From the IMG/VR virus record IMGVR_UViG_3300031784_000006: 64,000 nt of DNA. One strand, written 5' to 3'. The position numbers and the translations under genes were made by a program. Positions within the stretch are counted from its first letter, which is position 1; every line of letters starts with the position of its first letter. The DNA comes from a virus. Taxonomy: Duplodnaviria > Caudoviricetes. Below are positions 1-6,198 of this stretch, piece after piece. The notes beneath the pieces are model-generated. The model worked only from the letters and a program-made list of their open reading frames with translations, was not told the DNA's origin and did no database searches.

Positions 1-207
1 AACGTGTTCGTGATGAGATTCTCCTTTACCAGACTTGTTAATCCACGATTGAGTAATTACAAGTTCATCAGTAGAGTTCATAATCTCTTTGACGAACTTA
101 TAAATCTTGGATTGAATAAATGCTCTGATATTATTCAACTCTGGTTTATCAAGTACAAAAGTATCTTCTGACTGGCGATTGTAGTGAATCACATTACCCA
201 CTATCAC
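1..207 (-). CDS. Partial (runs off window) putative 2OG-Fe(II) oxygenase-like protein
   Basis: Open frame from GTG at 207: VIVGNVIHYNRQSEDTFVLDKPELNNIRAFIQ...ITQSWINKSGKGESHHEHV. The SW-x-N...H-x-H pattern is typical of phage 2OG-Fe(II) oxygenases. Not in the ORF track. Confidence 0.55.
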   Translation of the reverse strand, partial: MIVGNVIHYNRQSEDTFVLDKPELNNIRAFIQSKIYKFVKEIMNSTDELVITQSWINKSGKGESHHEHV

Positions 208-213
208 TTTTAT

Positions 214-242
214 ATAGTAACAGACTCTAAAGAATCTGTCAA
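214..242 (-). promoter_or_regulatory. sigma70-like promoter TTGACA-17-TACTAT, spacer forms an inverted repeat
   Basis: Minus strand TTGACA GATTCTTTAGAGTCTGT TACTAT directly after tRNA-Arg(ACG). Confidence 0.7.
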
Positions 243-243
243 G

Positions 244-317
244 CGTCCTTTGAGAGATTCGAACTCCCGACACATAGGTTCGTAGCCTACTGCTCTGTTC
301 CACTGAGCTAAAAGGAC
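244..317 (-). tRNA. trnR: tRNA-Arg(ACG)
   Basis: Cloverleaf with acceptor GTCCTTT/AAAGGAC, anticodon arm GTAGG CT ACG AA CCTAT, TTCGAAT T-loop. Confidence 0.95.
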
Positions 318-320
318 AAG

Positions 321-392
321 TTCTGAGAGTAGGATTCGAACCCACGAATGGCGGGACCAAAACCCGCTGCCTTACCACTTGGCGACCTCAGA
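321..392 (-). tRNA. trnQ: tRNA-Gln(TTG)
   Basis: Acceptor TCTGAGG/TCTCAGA, anticodon arm GCGGG TT TTG GT CCCGC. Confidence 0.95.
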
Positions 393-464
393 AGCCCTCA
401 GTCGGATTTGAACCAACGACCTACTCATTACTAGTGAGTTGCTCTACCACTGAGCTATAAGGGC
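393..464 (-). tRNA. trnT: tRNA-Thr(AGT), unusual A34 anticodon
   Basis: Acceptor GCCCTTA/TGAGGGC, anticodon arm ACTCA CT AGT AA TGAGT. Confidence 0.92.
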
Positions 465-466
465 GG

Positions 467-537
467 GGTGCCGTGAGGGAATCGAACCCTCATATAGAGA
501 ACCACAATCTCCTGTCTTACCATTAGACTAACGACAC
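467..537 (-). tRNA. trnH: tRNA-His(GTG)
   Basis: Acceptor GTGTCGT/ACGGCAC, C73, anticodon arm GGAGA TT GTG GT TCTCT. Confidence 0.93.
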
Positions 538-538
538 A

Positions 539-612
539 AGGCAGTAGATAGATTTGAACTATCGACCATAGGCATATGAGACCCGTGCTCTGCCAGACTG
601 AGCTATACTGCC
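539..612 (-). tRNA. tRNA with CAT anticodon (elongator Met or lysidine Ile2)
   Basis: Acceptor GGCAGTA/TACTGCC, loop CT CAT AT; anticodon stem imperfect (CGGGT/GCCTA). Confidence 0.85.
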
Positions 613-615
613 AAA

Positions 616-704
616 CGGAAGTGGTTGGATTCGAACCAACGGATGCCTATAAAGACATCGGCGGATTAGCAATCCACTGCATTAGACCTCTCTGCCACAC
701 TTCC
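616..704 (-). tRNA. trnS: tRNA-Ser(GCT)
   Basis: Anticodon arm GTGGA TT GCT AA TCCGC, long variable arm, G73. Confidence 0.95.
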
Positions 705-758
705 TTAATGTTGCCTTCAATTAACCTAAGTGCGATTTAGGTTGCCTCAAGACAACAA

Positions 759-831
759 TGGAAACAACTGGACTCGAACCAGTGGTCTTTCGATTATCAG
801 TCGAATGCTTTACCAACTAAGCTATGTTTCC
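759..831 (-). tRNA. trnI: tRNA-Ile(GAT)
   Basis: Acceptor GGAAACA/TGTTTCC, anticodon arm TTCGA CT GAT AA TCGAA. Confidence 0.95.
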
Positions 832-832
832 T

Positions 833-907
833 TGGTATTCCTAACGGGATTCGAACCCGTGCTGCCACCTTGAAAGGGTGGTGACCTAACCGCTAGTCGA
901 TAGGAAC
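833..907 (-). tRNA. trnE: tRNA-Glu(TTC), CCA encoded
   Basis: Acceptor GTTCCTA/TAGGAAT followed by ACCA, anticodon arm CCACC CT TTC AA GGTGG. Confidence 0.95.
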
Positions 908-955
908 TTAATGCTGACGGCATTCTGGATTATCAGCTCCAGCGCAAATCAGCAA

Positions 956-1029
956 CGACCCATACGGGATTTGAACCCGTGTTCTCCACCGTGACAGGGT
1001 GGCGTGATAGACCGCTACACTAATGGGTC
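956..1029 (-). tRNA. trnD: tRNA-Asp(GTC)
   Basis: Acceptor GACCCAT/ATGGGTC, G73, anticodon arm CCACC CT GTC AC GGTGG. Confidence 0.95.
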
Positions 1030-1033
1030 AAGG

Positions 1034-1105
1034 TGGGACATCTCGGATTCGAACCGAGGACTAATCGGTTAAAAGCCGAATACTCTACCGCTGAGTTAAT
1101 GTCCC
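1034..1105 (-). tRNA. trnK: tRNA-Lys(TTT)
   Basis: Acceptor GGGACAT/ATGTCCC, anticodon arm TTCGG CT TTT AA CCGAT. Confidence 0.95.
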
Positions 1106-1162
1106 AATAATGTGATAGATATTCAGTTGTCGATGTGCTGGTGGTCTCTCAACCACCCTTTA

Positions 1163-1217
1163 AGAATACCACCTTTTGGGCTCTGGGGGGAGATTGGTGG
1201 ACGCTTAGGAAACTGGT
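1163..1217 (-). promoter_or_regulatory. Putative promoter of the tRNA operon: extended -10 (TGG TATTCT) plus upstream 21-nt box
   Basis: Box ACCAGTTTCCTAAGCGTCCAC lies 28 nt upstream of the -10; similar boxes at 29894-29914 and 32827-32847. Confidence 0.55.
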
Positions 1218-1235
1218 CCAAGCAACAAAAAAGGG

Positions 1236-1262
1236 GAGGAAACTTTTGGTTTCTCTCCCCTG
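1236..1262 (-). terminator. Intrinsic terminator
   Basis: GGGGAG AGAAACCAAAAGTTTC CTCCCC followed by TTTTTT. Confidence 0.75.
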
Positions 1263-1292
1263 TCTTTTGCTTTTATGGATTACATCTTACAT

Positions 1293-1388
1293 ATGTCTTT
1301 CCATTTCAGCAAACAGGGGAGTACCCTCAATATGCCATTCGCGGCAATCGAGATTACTAATCTGTTTGATGGTGATTTGGAAAGACAT
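1293..1388 (-). ncRNA. Candidate multi-branched structured RNA (alternatively a 33-aa smORF, 1388..1287)
   Basis: Perfect 11-bp closing stem ATGTCTTTCCA/TGGAAAGACAT, nested CAAACAG/CTGTTTG, CTCGAT/ATTGAG and TGCC/GGCA stems; has its own promoter and terminator. Confidence 0.55.
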
Positions 1389-1409
1389 TGTTTTCGACCT
1401 AAGTGTGTT

Positions 1410-1440
1410 TATTTATAAGACTTTTATTTAAAAAAGTCAA
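1410..1440 (-). promoter_or_regulatory. Overlapping sigma70-like (TTGACT-17-TATAAA) and T4 late (TATAAATA) promoter
   Basis: Minus strand TTGACTTTTTTAAATAAAAGTCTTATAAATA. Confidence 0.7.
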
Positions 1441-1512
1441 CAGGCTCACCTGGAATCGAACCAGGGACGACCGCTTAGAAGGCGGTAGTTATATCCGCTT
1501 AACTATGAGCCC
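1441..1512 (-). tRNA. trnR: tRNA-Arg(TCT)
   Basis: Acceptor GGGCTCA/TGAGCCT, anticodon arm ACCGC CT TCT AA GCGGT. Confidence 0.95.
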
Positions 1513-1531
1513 TTAATTTGTTTACCTGTTT

Positions 1532-1560
1532 ATTCTACTACTCCTTTTTACAGGTGTCAA
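1532..1560 (-). promoter_or_regulatory. sigma70-like promoter TTGACA-17-TAGAAT for tRNA-Arg(TCT)
   Basis: Near-consensus hexamers with 17-nt spacing. Confidence 0.75.
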
Positions 1561-1948
1561 GCCATGGAGCACATATCCTCATTTCTCCTCCAAGTTTCTT
1601 GCACTCTTCAGTATAACACTTAGAAGTATCTAAAGGCCTCTCTATCAACCTCGACAAAGGTACTCTAGGTGGATCAGAGTCTCTTGTCAAGCGTTCATAC
1701 TCTACGATTGCTCTGTCCACATCTCTCCAGACTCTCCTATCCACCACACCAGGGTCCTGAAGCAGCACATCGTTGATTACGGTGCCTGGGAACAGAACCC
1801 TCTGAACCTCGTCTAGGAGGTCCCAGAGGCGCTCCTGGGGCGCTCCTGTGCATTGGGAGAGGGTTGCTACGATACCGCTGAGTATGACGCCTATAAGGAT
1901 TATCTGCTTCTTATCTGGTTTCTTCTTTCCGAAGTTAAAATTAAACAT
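1538..1948 (-). CDS. Hypothetical protein with N-terminal transmembrane segment
   Basis: 136-aa ORF, hydrophobic IILIGVILSGIVATL, Cys-rich C-terminus. Confidence 0.75.
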   Translation of the reverse strand: MFNFNFGKKKPDKKQIILIGVILSGIVATLSQCTGAPQERLWDLLDEVQRVLFPGTVINDVLLQDPGVVDRRVWRDVDRAIVEYERLTRDSDPPRVPLSRLIERPLDTSKCYTEECKKLGGEMRICAPWLDTCKKE

Positions 1949-2009
1949 AAAAAAAGAGGAGTAGCAACCGCTCTCCTCTATTTATTATTCAGTTTTATAT
2001 TCTATTGTA

Positions 2010-2663
2010 TCAAACTTCTACCGTGATCAGTTTGGAAGCATACTCATGAGCATACGAAGTGCGGGCACCATGAATGCCCCAACCAATCCAACTATACGCA
2101 TAGTCCATGTAACGATTGATAGGTTTCCCAGGAGTTTTCATCCTGTTCTCAATACGTTGCCATTGAACTTCAGTCGTCAGATAACGAAGCTGCGTGTGAA
2201 GTTCTGATGGAGAACCACCATACTTCTTAGCAAAATCACCCAATCCATAATATCTGTTGGCAGATGTCCATTGAATCAGTCCGTAACCGCCTCCGCAGTT
2301 ACTCCAACTGGTTCTGCTACCACCTTCGCAGATATTAGGCACGAATGTGGATTCCTGTCTAATATTGCCCATGATGGTAGCAAGGGCGTTTCTGTCTCTA
2401 ATACCACGATCCTGGAAAAATGCCAGGGTGACATTCTCTTGTTCATTACACCCTTTACAAATTAACCTTTTCTCTTTTGGCTTTGGTGGTGCAACCTCTA
2501 GGATTGCTGTCTTCTCAGGTTCAAACTCTTTAATAATAGAATAAGGTTTTGCATCCACTGGTGGAGGCGGACCTTGCAGTTTATAACTAGAGAATGGCAG
2601 TGTTGCCGTATTGGTTGTAACCATCGCTACTAGAGGAACGGCTACAGTAAAGAAGTTAAGCAT
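2010..2663 (-). CDS. Phage tail lysozyme-like peptidoglycan hydrolase (Phage_lysozyme2 family) with N-terminal signal/anchor
   Basis: ALATIMGNIRQES...GGYGLIQWT motif; start placed at MLNFF (2663). Confidence 0.75.
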   Translation of the reverse strand: MLNFFTVAVPLVAMVTTNTATLPFSSYKLQGPPPPVDAKPYSIIKEFEPEKTAILEVAPPKPKEKRLICKGCNEQENVTLAFFQDRGIRDRNALATIMGNIRQESTFVPNICEGGSRTSWSNCGGGYGLIQWTSANRYYGLGDFAKKYGGSPSELHTQLRYLTTEVQWQRIENRMKTPGKPINRYMDYAYSWIGWGIHGARTSYAHEYASKLITVEV

Positions 2664-2816
2664 TAAAATTAATTGAACTCTACATCCGTATAGAAAGGGG
2701 GTACACCCTTTTCTCAAAGGGCACTTTCCACGGCTCTAATTTTCATTCAAAGTCTCATTACGAAGAAACCCACCTTAGGTGGGTTATAAGCATTATAAGT
2801 TTTTATTTAGATTTTG

Positions 2817-2990
2817 TCAATCTTCTGGTTCTAGGGAAACAATTTCCAATTCATCAGTTTCTGGTTCAATCCACTCATAGAACTCAGCAAGAATAGCACG
2901 AGCATCCTCTTTATCTACATCCATATTCGCAGCACGATCAAGGGACCAAGACCTTACATGAGCGACAATATCTTCAGTCGTTGCGTTCAT
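2817..2990 (-). CDS. Small acidic hypothetical protein
   Basis: MNATTEDIVAHVRSWSLDRAA..., C-terminal part of track ORF 2817..3167; start overlaps the end of the upstream gene. Confidence 0.65.
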   Translation of the reverse strand: MNATTEDIVAHVRSWSLDRAANMDVDKEDARAILAEFYEWIEPETDELEIVSLEPED

Positions 2991-3417
2991 AATAGTCCTT
3001 TCGGAAGTACCTGTTGAGGATGTTGCTATTGTAGTACCTTGGGATTCCACTGTCAAGGGATTCTGTAAGGACATTGTTGAAGAAGAGTTGTCTTGTTTCT
3101 TCGAAGTTAGTTTTGCCCTTTGTTTTATGTAATGATAAAATAGTGCGCGTAAAATTCTCCCTACCATATTTGTCTACATCTTCTTTGAGTTCTGGGCATG
3201 ATCCGTAATATTTTTTCCAATCAGACTCTGATTTAACTTTTCTAGATTTTCCCTTCGGTGTGCGGAAACTCCAGAAATATTTTCTACCAATATAGTCCCT
3301 ATTAGTTTTGTTGCAATGAATATGGTATACAAAACCAAAATAATCTTGAATATCACTTGAACCAAACACCTTTCCATTGTAGGTCCAAGGATTTTCATAG
3401 TCAATATCTGTACTCAT
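2974..3417 (-). CDS. denA: GIY-YIG endonuclease, T4 endonuclease II (DenA)-like
   Basis: GFVY-x(10)-YIGRK motif, ESDWKKYYGS, FTRTILSLH; catalytic domain only. Confidence 0.75.
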   Translation of the reverse strand: MSTDIDYENPWTYNGKVFGSSDIQDYFGFVYHIHCNKTNRDYIGRKYFWSFRTPKGKSRKVKSESDWKKYYGSCPELKEDVDKYGRENFTRTILSLHKTKGKTNFEETRQLFFNNVLTESLDSGIPRYYNSNILNRYFRKDYYERND

Positions 3418-3562
3418 CAATAATATCAAGAACTTCGTTCAGATATTTATTGGCAAGACCCTTCATATCCATTTCGGGTCTAATATGATCTTTGTGAAGA
3501 TTATTTTTTAACTTTAAGACTCTAACTTTAATTTCTTCTTTAGTCAGTTGATTTTTGGGCAT
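3401..3562 (-). CDS. Small hypothetical protein (53 aa)
   Basis: Manually translated MPKNQLTKEEIKVRVLKLKNNLHKD...DEYRY*; overlaps the denA start. Confidence 0.65.
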   Translation of the reverse strand: MPKNQLTKEEIKVRVLKLKNNLHKDHIRPEMDMKGLANKYLNEVLDIIDEYRY

Positions 3563-3601
3563 AAAAAAAGAGGAGTGTGATCTCCCCCTATCTATATGAG
3601 A

Positions 3602-3751
3602 TTAGTTATTTGTGCCTAACCATTCTTTACAATAGTCATAGTCACCAAACATAAACTCATCACATTCTGCTGCTTGTTTATATGCGTTCAGGATTTCCTG
3701 TTCGCACCATTCATCATAGTTTGAATCCTGAGAAAGTATTTTTGGTAACAT
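3602..3751 (-). CDS. Small hypothetical protein (49 aa)
   Basis: Manually translated MLPKILSQDSNYDEWCEQEILNAY...WLGTNN*; followed by terminator-like hairpin at about 3563-3590. Confidence 0.6.
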   Translation of the reverse strand: MLPKILSQDSNYDEWCEQEILNAYKQAAECDEFMFGDYDYCKEWLGTNN

Positions 3752-3770
3752 AACAAATCAAAAAAACAAA

Positions 3771-4175
3771 TTAACCGATAATGGAGTCTCTCCACTCTTC
3801 ACTCATATTCACCATAATTGCTTCTGCTGCTTCTGGGGTTTCAGCATATCCTTCATCAAGTAAATGTGAAAGGATGATGTCGTAGTAATCATAATTTTCA
3901 TTTTTTTGTGCTGACTTCAGTGCTCCCATCATTTTTCTTACTTCTCCAGTTTTCTTGGCAGCACTTTGTTTTAATTTATCTCGGATACCTTTTGGCATAA
4001 ATCCTGATCCAGAAGCACTAATCTCCGTTGATATACTATGAGCTCTTTTTCCAATTTGTCTGCCAATTCTAGTTCTTCTTTCTTTATCTAATGGCATTTT
4101 ACCCTCATCAAGTTGCTGATTTTCAACAACTTCCATATATGCTTCTTGAAGACTACGAAAATCTTGTGCGTCCAT
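3771..4175 (-). CDS. Late hypothetical protein, EAY / EGYA-MSEEW cassette family (copy A)
   Basis: MDAQDFRSLQEAY... and C-terminal LLDEGYAETPEAAEAIMVNMSEEW; TATAAATA at 4196-4203. Confidence 0.85.
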   Translation of the reverse strand: MDAQDFRSLQEAYMEVVENQQLDEGKMPLDKERRTRIGRQIGKRAHSISTEISASGSGFMPKGIRDKLKQSAAKKTGEVRKMMGALKSAQKNENYDYYDIILSHLLDEGYAETPEAAEAIMVNMSEEWRDSIIG

Positions 4176-4213
4176 TTTTACGAATACTTTTTAGGTATTT
4201 ATATTGTTTTGAT

Positions 4214-4420
4214 TTAAAAAGGTAAGTCTCTTCTTTTTACTTTATCTCTCATTGCTCTATATCTTTCATCGTGCCTAACTTCTGCTTCAATATCACCACT
4301 TTGAGATGCTTTCTTTGCCGACTTTTTAGCAGCAGTCATTTGTTTTTTAATTCTATTTTCCTTTTCTCTACTCATTCCTTGGTAGGACATTTCAAAAATA
4401 AACTCCCTAAAAGTTTTCAT
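4214..4420 (-). CDS. Small basic protein with capsid-targeting-like N-terminus
   Basis: MKTFREFIFE start; ATAAATA late promoter upstream. Confidence 0.75.
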   Translation of the reverse strand: MKTFREFIFEMSYQGMSREKENRIKKQMTAAKKSAKKASQSGDIEAEVRHDERYRAMRDKVKRRDLPF

Positions 4421-4435
4421 TTGTATTGATTATTT

Positions 4436-4954
4436 TTAGGTATTTATGATAGTCCAACCTTTTGTATTCTTACTTTTCTTTCCCAAAACCGCATCATAAG
4501 TTATTCCTATTTCCTTACAGAACTTCTTAACACCACCTTCTATAATATGTTTTTTACCCTCTGGAGAAATAAAGATATATTTTTTTGCTTTTGGATTATT
4601 TTTACCAGAAACTTTTAATGAGGTTTTCTTTTTACTTTCTTCACTATGTTTTCTACCACTAAATCCCTTCGTTTTTTGTCCTCCTGGTTTTCCTTCTCCA
4701 CCAAGATTTTGATTTAATAAAACTCCTCCATCACATTCTCTTTTCCAGAGTGCTATGTGTTTTATTTCAAGTTCTATTGCTTCTTCTTTAGTTAATCCAG
4801 ATTTTACAATCCACCTTCTTTCTCTTGATGGTAATAAATTTGCTCCATTACTCCTCAAATGTTTTGCGTGTATTCTTCTTGGTTTTCCATAACCAACATA
4901 AAAGGGAGAACTAAAGTCCTCCCTTAAGTAATAGTAAAGAATATAGTTATTCAT
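4436..4954 (-). mobile_element. Free-standing GIY-YIG homing endonuclease (Seg-like) with NUMOD3 motif
   Basis: YILYY...FYVGYG, ELEIKHI, LLN motif, GRKHSEESKKK; inserted immediately downstream of nrdB. Confidence 0.8.
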
Positions 4955-5010
4955 TTTAAGACTGAAGTTGAGTTATATTTATTTATACAACATTCAACTT
5001 CAGTCTTAAA
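4955..5010 (-). promoter_or_regulatory. 17-bp perfect inverted repeat enclosing a TATAAATA late promoter
   Basis: TTTAAGACTGAAGTTGA (4955-4971) pairs with TCAACTTCAGTCTTAAA (4994-5010); TATAAATA at 4980-4987 in the loop. Confidence 0.85.
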
Positions 5011-6198
5011 TCATAGTTTAAATCCACTAAATGTGTCTTTTTTCATATCTTGCTTCAAACCACCTACAATATATGTTTCCTGCTCCGTTTCCTGGGGTGC
5101 CACCTGAAGACCTTTAGAGGAGATCCAGTGCTGAGTCCAAGGTAGTGGATTATTGTTTGCTGAAATATCGTATTGGGGCTTTAACCCAATTGCTTTAAGT
5201 CTTCTATTTGCAATCCATTCTACGTACTGTTGAAGAAGTTTGTCGTTTAGTCCAATCATGCTGCCATCTTTGAACAGATAATCTGCCCATTTCTTTTCTT
5301 CGTTTACAGCACGATCAAACATTTTATACGTCCACTCTTCTTCCTCTTTCATAATCTTTTGCATTTCAGGATCATCACCTTCCCTCCACTTATTCAGAAT
5401 ATTCTGAGTAAGTGCTAGGTGTTGATTTTCGTCTCTTGCAATAAGAGAGATAATCTTAGCGGATCCTTCCATGAGTTTAAGTTCGCCAAAGGCGAAACTG
5501 CAAGCAAAACTAACGTAGAAGCGAATACCTTCAAGAATATTAACGTTTGCGACTGCTCGATAGAGTTTTCGTTTAACGTCATTGAGTGTTTCCTTTGCGT
5601 TTGTGACACCTTCAAGTCTATACATCCAATCATTAGATGTACCATAATTTTGTGCTGATTGAATAAAGTCATCATATGACTCTGTGACGGTTTTAGCACG
5701 TTCCAGAATACGCTCATCTCCAATGATAGTATCAAAGACCTCAGAAGGGTCAGAATAGATATTTTTGATGATGTAAGTATATGAGCGACTATGAATCATC
5801 TCCATAAATCCCCATACTTCCATACATGCCTCAAGTTCAGGAAGTGAGCAATAAGGAATGAATGCCATACCAGGACCACGACCTTGAACAGAGTCAAGCA
5901 TAATCTGATACTTCAAATTAGAAGTATAGATATGCTTCTGTTCGGGACGCAGCGTTTGATAATCTCCACGATCCTTCTGAAGAGAGACCTCTTCGGGTCT
6001 CCAGAAGTATCCAAGTTGTTGAGTGGTAAGTTTATCAAAGATTGGGTATTTGTATGAATCATATCTTTGAACCCCAAGGGGTTTTCCAAAAAACATTGGT
6101 TGTTTTTTAGTATCTACTTTTTCAGTATTAAAAACAGTCATTCCTTTAATATTTGTAGTCTCTTCTGTTGAAGAAATTTTAAACTGCACAGGATTCAC
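5011..6198 (-). CDS. nrdB: Ribonucleotide reductase class Ia beta subunit
   Basis: FWRPEEVSL, EMIHSRSY, EGIRFYVSF, DENQH di-iron/radical motifs. Confidence 0.98.
   Translation of the reverse strand: MNPVQFKISSTEETTNIKGMTVFNTEKVDTKKQPMFFGKPLGVQRYDSYKYPIFDKLTTQQLGYFWRPEEVSLQKDRGDYQTLRPEQKHIYTSNLKYQIMLDSVQGRGPGMAFIPYCSLPELEACMEVWGFMEMIHSRSYTYIIKNIYSDPSEVFDTIIGDERILERAKTVTESYDDFIQSAQNYGTSNDWMYRLEGVTNAKETLNDVKRKLYRAVANVNILEGIRFYVSFACSFAFGELKLMEGSAKIISLIARDENQHLALTQNILNKWREGDDPEMQKIMKEEEEWTYKMFDRAVNEEKKWADYLFKDGSMIGLNDKLLQQYVEWIANRRLKAIGLKPQYDISANNNPLPWTQHWISSKGLQVAPQETEQETYIVGGLKQDMKKDTFSGFKL

Noticed and set aside
1112-1431. Plus-strand ORFs 1112..1360 and 1135..1431
   Set aside because: They overlap minus-strand promoter, terminator and structured elements, have no SD and have atypical composition; likely shadows.
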